Assembly: GCA_035530195.1 (NCBI GenBank)
Contig: DATKVG010000043.1
Span: forward strand, 1,375 to 65,374
Direction of reading: 5' to 3'
Length of the DNA: 64,000 nt
From: Candidatus Bathyarchaeia archaeon
GTDB lineage: Bacteria; Hydrogenedentota; Hydrogenedentia; Hydrogenedentales; SLHB01
The notes below the pieces were generated by a model that worked only from the letters and a program-made list of their open reading frames with translations, had not been told where the DNA came from and searched no databases. Each line of letters opens with the position of its first letter. Within the stretch, counting starts at the first letter, position 1. Shown here piece by piece: positions 34,059-44,856 of this stretch. Position numbers and translations under genes: made by a program.

Positions 34059-35060
34059 ATGGCGATGAGAAAATTTATCAATGATCCGAAGAATCTGGTG
34101 AGTGAACTGTTGCAGGGTTTTGCGCTAGCCCACGGGAAAAAGGTGAAGCTGGCGGGAACCAACCTGGTGGTACGGGCAAAAGCGAAGCCGAAGAACAAAG
34201 TCGCCGTGGTGACCCTCGGCGGGAGCGGGCATGAGCCGGCGTTAAGCGGTTTTGTGGGCAAGGGCATGCTCGACATCAGCGTGCCCGGCGAGATTTTTGC
34301 CGCGCCCGGCCCGCCGCGCGTTATCGAGGCGTTGCGCGCCGCAAACAGGGACGCGGGCGTCCTGTTTATCGTGCTCAACCACGCCGGTGACGTGATGTCG
34401 GCCGACGTGGCCATGGAGATGGCCGCAAAAGAGGGCCTGAAGGTCCGCCGCGTGCTCACCCACGAAGATATCAGCGCCGGCTCGCGCGAGAATCCCGAAG
34501 ACCGCCGGGGTCTCGTGGGTGCCCTGTTCGTGATGAAAGTGGCGGGCGCGGCCGCCGAACAGGGGCGGTCGATCGACGAGTGCGCCGCCATCGCCGAGCG
34601 GATGGAACGGAACATGGCGACGCTGGCCGTGGCCCTCAGCAGCGCGTCCCATCCCAGCACCGGCGAGCCCATCTCGGACGTGCCTGACGGCCGGATGGTC
34701 GTGGGCATGGGTCAGCACGGCGAGGCCGGCGGCGGCGAGCAGCCGCTCAAATCGGCCAACGAGACCGCCGAAATCATGCTGCCGCTCTTGCTCAAGGACC
34801 TCGAAATCAAAAAGGGCGAACAGGTGCTGGTGATGCTCAACGGCGTTGGCTCGACCACGCTCATGGAACTATTCCTGGTGTTGCGCCGCGTCAAGGGGCT
34901 GCTTGAAGAGCGCGGGGTGACGCTGGCGCGGTCGCTGGTGGGCGAATACCTGACCGTCCAGGAGATGGGGGGGTTCCAGATGTGCGTCGCGCGGATGGAC
35001 CCGGAACTGATTGAATTGTGGGACACGCCGTGCGACACGCCGGCACTTACGGTGAAATGA
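34059..35060 (+). CDS. dhaK: Dihydroxyacetone kinase, DhaK (substrate-binding) subunit
   Basis: KFINDPKNLVSELLQGFALAH...VVTLGGSGHEPALSGFVGKGMLD is the Dak1 signature. GGAGGGG RBS. Confidence 0.9.
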   Translation: MAMRKFINDPKNLVSELLQGFALAHGKKVKLAGTNLVVRAKAKPKNKVAVVTLGGSGHEPALSGFVGKGMLDISVPGEIFAAPGPPRVIEALRAANRDAGVLFIVLNHAGDVMSADVAMEMAAKEGLKVRRVLTHEDISAGSRENPEDRRGLVGALFVMKVAGAAAEQGRSIDECAAIAERMERNMATLAVALSSASHPSTGEPISDVPDGRMVVGMGQHGEAGGGEQPLKSANETAEIMLPLLLKDLEIKKGEQVLVMLNGVGSTTLMELFLVLRRVKGLLEERGVTLARSLVGEYLTVQEMGGFQMCVARMDPELIELWDTPCDTPALTVK

Positions 35061-35063
35061 ACG

Positions 35064-35705
35064 ATGGATCAGCTTGCTTACAACGACGTGTTGAGAATGC
35101 TACGAGGCGCCGCGGCCGAGGTAAGGGTAAATCACGACACGCTGTCGAAGCTCGACTCAGTGGGCGGCGACGGCGACCACGGCACCACCATGCTGCGTTG
35201 CATCGAGGCCATCGAAACCGCCATCGCACAGGCGGAGGACCGCAACCTGGCGGGGTTGCTCAACAAGGCCGGGTGGGCCGTGATGGGCATCGATGGCGGC
35301 GCAACGGGCCCGCTGTTCGGCTCGTTTTTCCTCGGCATGTCCGAGGCCGCCGAAGGCCGCGACGCATTGGATGCCCCGGCACTCGCGGACCTGTTCCAGG
35401 AAGGGCTCGCCGCCATCCGCCGCCGGACTAAGGCCCAGCCCGGCGACAAAACCATGATCGACGCGCTCGCGCCCGCGGTCGATGCGGTGAAAAAAGCCGC
35501 CGAAGCCGGCGCCCCGCCCGTCGATGCGCTGGCGGCAGCGGCGAAGGCCGCAGAAACCGGCGCGATCGCCACGCGCGCCATGCAGGCCCGGTTTGGCCGC
35601 GCAAAAAATATCGGGCAAAAGAGCATGGGCGCCGAAGATCCGGGTGCGGCGTCGGTGGCGTGCATATTCAAAGGCTTTTACCAAGGAGCTACAACCAATG
35701 CCTGA
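35064..35705 (+). CDS. dhaL: Dihydroxyacetone kinase, DhaL (nucleotide-binding) subunit
   Basis: LSKLDSVGGDGDHGTTM and GGATGPLFG are Dak2 signatures. It starts 3 nt after the dhaK stop. Confidence 0.9.
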   Translation: MDQLAYNDVLRMLRGAAAEVRVNHDTLSKLDSVGGDGDHGTTMLRCIEAIETAIAQAEDRNLAGLLNKAGWAVMGIDGGATGPLFGSFFLGMSEAAEGRDALDAPALADLFQEGLAAIRRRTKAQPGDKTMIDALAPAVDAVKKAAEAGAPPVDALAAAAKAAETGAIATRAMQARFGRAKNIGQKSMGAEDPGAASVACIFKGFYQGATTNA

Positions 35706-36579
35706 CACGGACAAGACAAAAACCGAAGAAAAAAAAGATTTCGGGATCGGCATCCCCATGGAAACGCCGGGCTTTTTTCTGAAAGGTTCGGCGCACCTGT
35801 ACTGGGGCACGAAAAACCGGCTCTCCCACATTTTCAACCCGAAGTCGGGCCGCACCGTGATGCTCGCGTTCGACCACGGCTACATCATGGGCCCCACCAC
35901 CGGCCTCGAACGCATCGACCTGGCAATCCCGCCGCTCATCCCCTACGTGGACTGCCTGATGTGCACGCGGGGCGCGTTGCGCGCGTGTATCAGCCCCGAG
36001 GTGCGCAAGCCCGTGGTGATGCGGTGTAGCACCGGCGCCACCGTCCTCAAAGATCTCAGCAACGAAGTCATCGGCGTCACGGTCGAGGAGGCGGCGGCGC
36101 TGAACGCGGCGGCCATCACCACCCAGGTCTGCATTGGCGCCGAATACGAGCGGGAAACCCTCGAAAACCTCGCCTACCTCGTCAACGAAGGCAACCGCCT
36201 TGGCCTGCCGGCGCTCGGCGTCACTGCCGTCGGCAAAGAGATGGTGCGCGACGCCCGATACCTCGGGCTGGCATGCCGCGTCGTGGCCGAACTGGGCGCG
36301 CATTTCGTGAAGACGTACTACTGCGAACCGGGTTTCGACGAGGTGGTGGCCGGCTGCCCGGTGCCTATCGTCATCGCGGGCGGCAAAAAGCTGCCGGAAC
36401 TGCAGGCGCTTCAGATGGCCTACAAAGCGATCGACCAGGGCGCGCTCGGTGTCGACATGGGCCGCAACATTTTCGCCGCCGAACATCCCGTGGCAATGGC
36501 GCAGGCGGTGGCGGCGGTGATCCACAACAACGAAAAGCCGGAGAAGGCGTTCGATCTGTACAGGAGTCTGAAGGGCTGA
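35698..36579 (+). CDS. Class I aldolase of the DeoC/FbaB/LsrF family
   Basis: The ATG at 35698 overlaps the 3' end of dhaL by 8 nt. VMLAFDHGYIMGP...HFVKTYY...IAGGKK...GVDMGRNIF fits the LsrF/DhnA-type pattern. The ORF-track start at 35524 lies inside dhaL. Confidence 0.75.
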   Translation: MPDTDKTKTEEKKDFGIGIPMETPGFFLKGSAHLYWGTKNRLSHIFNPKSGRTVMLAFDHGYIMGPTTGLERIDLAIPPLIPYVDCLMCTRGALRACISPEVRKPVVMRCSTGATVLKDLSNEVIGVTVEEAAALNAAAITTQVCIGAEYERETLENLAYLVNEGNRLGLPALGVTAVGKEMVRDARYLGLACRVVAELGAHFVKTYYCEPGFDEVVAGCPVPIVIAGGKKLPELQALQMAYKAIDQGALGVDMGRNIFAAEHPVAMAQAVAAVIHNNEKPEKAFDLYRSLKG

Positions 36580-36610
36580 CCGGCCACGCCGGTTTGAAAG
36601 GAGTGAGGGA

Positions 36611-37279
36611 ATGGATATGAGCAGACGGACCATGCTGGGCGGTTTGGTGGTGGGTGTGGGCGCGGCGGCATTTGGAAAAGCCGGCGCGGCCGAGCCGAAA
36701 GCCATCGCCCTGAAACAGTATAAGAACGAGGATTTCTACAAGGACGGGAAGTTCGACGTCGAGGCCGCAAAACAGGCCTATTACGAAATGATGTGGTACT
36801 ACAACTATCCCGTCCCGCCCCGCCTCAAAACCGACGAGTTCTGGGCGCTCGATTTCGGCCTCGGCCTGTTCACTGAAGTCGGGATGGCCGGCATTTTCTG
36901 GATGAACAACCAGAAAGACAACTATTTCGGCCACGAAATCTACCTGTTGCCCGGCCAGATGATCCCCGAGCACAAACACGTCAAAACCGACGCCGCCGGC
37001 CCCAAAATGGAAGGGTGGCACGTCCGTCACGGCTATATCTACACCTACGCCGAAGGCACGCCCACGCCCGGCGTCGACTCGAGGATCTCGCCCAGCCACC
37101 GCGAGTGCTCGAAAGCGCGAACCGAACTCAAGCTGATGCCCGGCGAGTATGCCATGCTCAACGGGCCCGAGCAGTGGCATTACATGAAAGCCGGACCCGA
37201 AGGCGCCATCGTCACGGAGTACGCTACCTACCACGACGGCGCCGGCCTGCGGTTCAGCCACCCCAACGTCACGATGTGA
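36611..37279 (+). CDS. Tat-signal cupin resembling the D-lyxose/D-mannose isomerase family
   Basis: MDMSRRTMLGGLVVGVGAAAFG is a twin-arginine signal. YNYPVPP...FWALDFGLGLF...YLLPGQMIPEHKH...KMEGWHVRHG follows the D-lyxose isomerase cupin pattern. Confidence 0.6.
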   Translation: MDMSRRTMLGGLVVGVGAAAFGKAGAAEPKAIALKQYKNEDFYKDGKFDVEAAKQAYYEMMWYYNYPVPPRLKTDEFWALDFGLGLFTEVGMAGIFWMNNQKDNYFGHEIYLLPGQMIPEHKHVKTDAAGPKMEGWHVRHGYIYTYAEGTPTPGVDSRISPSHRECSKARTELKLMPGEYAMLNGPEQWHYMKAGPEGAIVTEYATYHDGAGLRFSHPNVTM

Positions 37280-37286
37280 GGATTAC

Positions 37287-37333
37287 GGCGGCCACTGAGA
37301 TGGATACGTATGGCCGCCCCGATGTTTTTGTTT
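37287..37333 (+). terminator. Probable intrinsic terminator after the cupin gene
   Basis: GGCGGCCA (37287-37294) pairs with TGGCCGCC (37311-37318) and is followed by a T-rich run (GATGTTTTTGTTT). A second GGGCCC-T6 element follows. Confidence 0.5.
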
Positions 37334-37361
37334 GGGCCCGATTTTTTGTGCGGAGGTCTTG

Positions 37362-40532
<3,171 letters not shown>

Positions 40533-40540
40533 ATGTATCG

Positions 40541-40567
40541 GTCAGATCCGTCGGATCCGTCGGATCA
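40541..40567 (+). repeat. 3 x 9-bp tandem repeat GTCRGATCC in a 5' leader
   Basis: gtcagatcc gtcggatcc gtcggatca, ending 3 nt before the GGAGGA RBS of the acyl-CoA dehydrogenase gene. It is the reverse-complement family of the 6520 array. Confidence 0.8.
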
Positions 40568-40580
40568 TTTGGAGGATGCC

Positions 40581-41780
40581 ATGGATTTTTCAATACCGGA
40601 AAAGCTTCAGGATTTGCTGAACCGCGCCCGCGAGTTTGTGGAAACCGAGCTATACCCGCTCGAACCGCATTTTCTCCAGCAGGGTTTTAACGCCGTCGAG
40701 CCCGAGTTGCAGGAGAAGCGGCGCAAGGTGAAACAGCTCGGGTTGTGGCTTCCGCAGATCGCGAAAGAACACGGCGGTCTTGGCCTCAACCTCGTCGAGC
40801 ACGGCCTGTTCAGCGCCGAACTCGGGAAGAGTCCCGTAGGCCACTACGCGTTCAACTGCCAGGCGCCCGACGCCGGAAACATGGAAATACTCATCCAGTA
40901 TGCCAACGTCGAGCAAAAGAAAAAATATCTCGAACCCCTGCTGGCCGGTGAAATCCGAAGTTGTTTCGCCATGACCGAACCCGATTTCCCCGGCTCGAAT
41001 CCCGTCTGGATGGGCACCACCGCCGTGAAAGACGGCGACTATTACGTCATCAACGGCCGCAAATGGTACGCGAGCGGCGGCGAGGGCGCGGCGTTTGCCG
41101 TTACCATGGCCGTCACCAATCCCGACGCGCCACCCCACGAACGCGCCAGCCAGATCCTCGTGCCTGCCGACACGCCCGGCTTCATCCTCGAGACCGCAAC
41201 GCCCTTCATGGGCGCGCGCGGCGAAGGGTGGGCCAGCCACGCCGAGATCCGGTATGAAAACTGCCGCGTGCCACGCGAAAACCTCCTCGGGCCTGAAGGC
41301 GGCGGCTTCCGGCTTGCGCAGGAACGGCTCGGACCCGGCCGAATCCACCATTGCATGCGGTGGATCGGCGTGTCCGAGCGCGCGTTCGACCTCATGTGCC
41401 GCAGGGCCATCGAACGTAAAATCACGCCCGACCGCCCCCTGGCGTTCCAGCAGTTTGTACAGGGGTGGATCGCCGAGAGCCGGGCCGAAATCGACGCCGC
41501 ACGGCTCGCGGTGCTCCACGCGGCATGGGTCATGGACCGCGAAGGCTCGAAAGGCGCCCGCGACCAAGTCTCGCTCATCAAGTTCAACGTCGCAAACACC
41601 ATGATGCGCGTGCTTGACCGGGCCATCCAGGTCCACGGTGGCCTCGGCTTCTCTGACTACACGCCGCTCGCACTGTTTTACAGAAACGAGCGCGCCGGCA
41701 GGGTCTACGACGGCGCCGACGAAGTCCACAAAATCTCCGCCGCTAAACGCATCCTGAAAAAATACGCCGGATTGGCTTGA
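40581..41780 (+). CDS. Acyl-CoA dehydrogenase family protein
   Basis: The ATG at 40581 is preceded by GGAGGA. CFAMTEPDFPGSNP, YVINGRKWYASG and the C-terminal VHGGLGFSDYTPLALFYRNERAGRVYDGADEVH are ACAD hallmarks. Confidence 0.85.
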   Translation: MDFSIPEKLQDLLNRAREFVETELYPLEPHFLQQGFNAVEPELQEKRRKVKQLGLWLPQIAKEHGGLGLNLVEHGLFSAELGKSPVGHYAFNCQAPDAGNMEILIQYANVEQKKKYLEPLLAGEIRSCFAMTEPDFPGSNPVWMGTTAVKDGDYYVINGRKWYASGGEGAAFAVTMAVTNPDAPPHERASQILVPADTPGFILETATPFMGARGEGWASHAEIRYENCRVPRENLLGPEGGGFRLAQERLGPGRIHHCMRWIGVSERAFDLMCRRAIERKITPDRPLAFQQFVQGWIAESRAEIDAARLAVLHAAWVMDREGSKGARDQVSLIKFNVANTMMRVLDRAIQVHGGLGFSDYTPLALFYRNERAGRVYDGADEVHKISAAKRILKKYAGLA

Positions 41781-41807
41781 GGAAAGAATGAGTACCGTAA
41801 TTCCTGT

Positions 41808-41911
41808 GCGGTGGGGTCGCGCTGCCGCGCGACCGCAAATCCAGCAGAAGGACCTCCGCACTAGAAGCACCGCCACTGCCACCCGGTCGCGCGGGAGCGC
41901 GACCCCACCGC
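41808..41911. repeat. 28-bp inverted repeat (27/28) with a 48-nt spacer; each arm is itself an 8-bp hairpin
   Basis: 41808-41835 is gcggtggggtcgcgctgccgcgcgaccg. 41884-41911 is cggtcgcgcgggagcgcgaccccaccgc. The local hairpins are GGTCGCGC-N4-GCGCGACC. Confidence 0.85.
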
Positions 41912-41929
41912 GTGATATCCGGGCGACTG

Positions 41930-42988
41930 ATGCAGCACCTTATTGACAAGGCGCGGCCCGTGCGGGCCGGCGAAGAACTGGACGAGCCGCGCCTCGCGGC
42001 CTACCTCACCGACGCCCTCCCCGGCCTCGTCGGCCCCATCTCCGTTGAACAATTCCCCAGCGGTTTTTCCAACCTGACCTATCTTGTCCGCGCCGGCGAT
42101 CGCGATCTCGTCTTGCGCAGGCCGCCCGTCGGCAGCAAGGTCAAAGCGGCCCACGACATGGGCCGCGAGTTCCGCGTGCTCAGCGCGCTTCACCCCGTGT
42201 ATTCCGCCGCACCGCGGCCGCTCGCCTATTGCACCGACCCCGGCGTGATCGGCGCGCCGTTTTACGTGATGGAACGGATCAAGGGCGTGATCCTGCGCGG
42301 GGAAAAGCCGGTGGATTTCTCTTGCCCGCCGGCTATCGTCCGCCAATGTTGCGAGTCATTCGTGGACAACTTTGTCAGGCTCCACCAGATTGACTATGAG
42401 GCGATCGGCCTTGGCGACATGCGCCGGGAAGGCTGGTTTGTCCAACGCCAGGTGAACGGTTGGGTCGATCGGTACCACGGGTCGCAGACGGATAACATAC
42501 CCGCCATCGATCAGACCGCTGATTACTTGAAGAACAACTGCCCGCAGGATGTGGGCGCCGTGCTCATCCACAATGATTATAAGTTTGACAACATCGTGCT
42601 CGACCCCGACGACCTCACCAGAATCATCGGCGTGCTTGATTGGGAAATGTGCACGATCGGTGACCCGCTGATGGATCTCGGCGTTATGCTGTGCTATTGG
42701 AACGAGCCGGGTGATCCCTCGCTGGGGGTCTGTTTCCTCACCCACGAACCCGGCTGTATGAAGCGACGGGAAGTTGCCCAAGCCTACGCCGAAAAGACGG
42801 GCAGGGACATCTCAAACCTTGGGTTCTACTACGTGTTCGGCCTGTTCAAACTCGCCGTCATCGCCCAGCAGATCTACTACAGGTACAAACAGGGCCTTAC
42901 CAAAGACGAACGGTTTGCCCCCCTCATCTACGTCGTCGGCACGCTCGGCCAGATGGCCTGCGGCATCATTGATGGCGGGAAGGTTTAG
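41930..42988 (+). CDS. APH-like phosphotransferase (kinase) family protein
   Basis: FPSGFSNLTYLV...LVLRRPP at the N-terminus. HNDYKFDNIVL is the catalytic-loop context and VLDWEMCTIGDPLMD is the DxD-type context. Confidence 0.8.
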   Translation: MQHLIDKARPVRAGEELDEPRLAAYLTDALPGLVGPISVEQFPSGFSNLTYLVRAGDRDLVLRRPPVGSKVKAAHDMGREFRVLSALHPVYSAAPRPLAYCTDPGVIGAPFYVMERIKGVILRGEKPVDFSCPPAIVRQCCESFVDNFVRLHQIDYEAIGLGDMRREGWFVQRQVNGWVDRYHGSQTDNIPAIDQTADYLKNNCPQDVGAVLIHNDYKFDNIVLDPDDLTRIIGVLDWEMCTIGDPLMDLGVMLCYWNEPGDPSLGVCFLTHEPGCMKRREVAQAYAEKTGRDISNLGFYYVFGLFKLAVIAQQIYYRYKQGLTKDERFAPLIYVVGTLGQMACGIIDGGKV

Positions 42989-43054
42989 AATCTTTGTTCA
43001 CAACATCTGCGTACGACACGTAGATGCTGGATCAAGGTCGTGAACAAAGATTCT
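42987..43054. repeat. Perfect 15-bp AT-rich inverted repeat overlapping the kinase stop codon
   Basis: AGAATCTTTGTTCAC (42987-43001) and GTGAACAAAGATTCT (43040-43054), separated by a 38-nt partly self-complementary loop. Confidence 0.85.
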
Positions 43055-43111
43055 GCACGCGCCTTCTTAGGCACGCGCCTTCTTAGGCGCACGGCTTCTT
43101 AGCCGCCTTAG
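43055..43111. repeat. 16-bp tandem direct repeats (2 exact, 1 degenerate, plus a partial unit)
   Basis: gcacgcgccttcttag x2 (43055-43086), gcgcacggcttcttag (43087-43102), then ccgccttag. The partial unit contains the pspC-like gene's stop codon. Confidence 0.85.
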
Positions 43112-43329
43112 ACTTCGCCCGCGCCGCCGCGCGTGTCCGGATACGGTTCCTGCGGCATGATGATGGCGGCGATCACGTAAAAGACGACCCCCGGCACGAA
43201 ACCGGTAAACACCGTCAGGAGCAGAAACGCCACCCGTACCAGTGTCGAATCCGTCTCGAGATAGTCACTCACACCGCCGAGTACGCCAGCCACTTTGGTA
43301 TCGGTCCTGCTGCGGTAAAGTTTTTTCAT
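43108..43329 (-). CDS. PspC-domain membrane protein
   Basis: MKKLYRSRTDTKVAGVLGGVSDYLETDSTLVRVAFLL is the PspC N-terminal domain, followed by a TM helix. Confidence 0.8.
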   Translation of the reverse strand: MKKLYRSRTDTKVAGVLGGVSDYLETDSTLVRVAFLLLTVFTGFVPGVVFYVIAAIIMPQEPYPDTRGGAGEV

Positions 43330-43428
43330 AAGCCCGGGCTCCATATGCATCCTCACTGACTGTCAAACGTCCCGCCGCGCAGCACAAATTCCCGCGCCGC
43401 ATTTACACGGAAACCTTCCGCCGGCCCA

Positions 43429-44715
43429 TTACAGCGCCAGTGCCTTGTATTTCTTGCGCTCCTGTGCGGGCTTATAAGTCCGAAGCTCGCGCCTGTTTTC
43501 CACCAGTTTCGCCACCGCCTTGGCGATGTCGTCCATGTCCGATTTTGGGCCCATCAGCCCCGCGTGATGCATCGCCACGCCCGTCTTGAAATGCGCCGCG
43601 GTGCACACCGGCAGCTTGAACCGCTTCGGGTTGATCGCTTTCCAATAATCGGCGTTCAGCCTGTGGCGCGGTTTCGTGTGCGGCTTGTACAACCCGCAAC
43701 TGTTGAGCGGATCGTATGGCGGCTCAAAACCTTCCGGCATCCGCAACTCCGCGTTGAGCGCCGCGCAAAAAACCTCGTTGGTCACACCCCGGACGACACG
43801 CGGATCGAGCTTGAACGTAAAGTTGAAATAGCTCTGCTGCGTCACTTCTTTCCGACGCCGCATCGGCACGATTCCGGGGATCTGTCCAAGCAGCCCGTTG
43901 AGGTAAATAGCGTTCGCATCGCGGTGTTTCACCTGCTTGTCCATCCGCTCGAGGCCGCCCAGCAACAGCGCCGCCTGCCATTCCGTCAGCCGGTAATTGC
44001 CCGACTGAATCGTGTTGGTCATGTCGCCTTTGTACCCCCGCCCGCAATTGCGCAACGAGTACAGCCGCTCGAACAACACCTTCGTCTTGCACGTGTTGAA
44101 CCCGCCCTCGCCCGCGCTGAGCACCTTCGATTCCTGGAAGCTGAAACTGGCTACGTCGCCGAACGTCCCCACGCTTTTGCCCTTGTAGAACGACCCGTGC
44201 TGGTGTGCGCAGTCTTCGATCAGGATCAGGTTGTGCTTTTTGCACAGCCTCACGAGCCGCGTCATGTCCGGCATGCAACCGTAAAGGTGTACGGCGATGA
44301 TGGCCTTGGTTTTGCGTGTGATGGCGGCCTCCGCCTTGTCCAGGTCGATGCACCACGTGTCCGGTTCGACATCAACCAGCACCGGAATCGAATTGACGTC
44401 GATGCACGCCGCGGCAGTGGCTTGCCACGTCATCCCCGGCACGATCACCTCGTCGTACGCACCGATCCCCAGCGCCTCGATCGCCATCTGAATGCCCACG
44501 GTGCCGTTGGCGTTGCACAACCCGAAATTCGCGCCAAGGTACTTCGTAAACGCCTCGGCAAACTTCCACTCGATGGGCCCGTCATACGACCACCGGCCTG
44601 ACCGCGTAATCTCCCCCACAAGTTTCACGTCCTTATTGTCGCTGATCGGCCACTTCGGCCATGCCGCCGATTTCGCCCGCACCGGCCGCCCGCCTGTCAA
44701 AGCCAATTTTGCCAT
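43429..44715 (-). CDS. DegT/DnrJ/EryC1/StrS-family PLP aminotransferase
   Basis: The ATG at 44715 is preceded by GGAGAGGAG. FSFQESKVLSAGEGG is the Lys active-site context. GTVGIQMAIEALGIG...VIVPGMTW is typical of the family. Confidence 0.8.
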   Translation of the reverse strand: MAKLALTGGRPVRAKSAAWPKWPISDNKDVKLVGEITRSGRWSYDGPIEWKFAEAFTKYLGANFGLCNANGTVGIQMAIEALGIGAYDEVIVPGMTWQATAAACIDVNSIPVLVDVEPDTWCIDLDKAEAAITRKTKAIIAVHLYGCMPDMTRLVRLCKKHNLILIEDCAHQHGSFYKGKSVGTFGDVASFSFQESKVLSAGEGGFNTCKTKVLFERLYSLRNCGRGYKGDMTNTIQSGNYRLTEWQAALLLGGLERMDKQVKHRDANAIYLNGLLGQIPGIVPMRRRKEVTQQSYFNFTFKLDPRVVRGVTNEVFCAALNAELRMPEGFEPPYDPLNSCGLYKPHTKPRHRLNADYWKAINPKRFKLPVCTAAHFKTGVAMHHAGLMGPKSDMDDIAKAVAKLVENRRELRTYKPAQERKKYKALAL

Positions 44716-44856
44716 GGGTATTTCTCCTCTCCTGATAGTTACTGCCCAGTCATTTACGATATTAGCATAACGCCGAAAAGGCTTCAAAGGCCGCGCCTAC
44801 TTGCGCTTTTCCGCAGCCGCGGTGCCTTATACTATGAACGGCCACGGAGATTCGGA

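Noticed and set aside
35524-35697. ORF-track start at 35524 for the aldolase
   Set aside because: The extension lies entirely inside dhaL in another frame and is Arg/Pro-rich. The ATG at 35698 gives a normal-length class I aldolase with an 8-nt overlap onto the dhaL 3' end.
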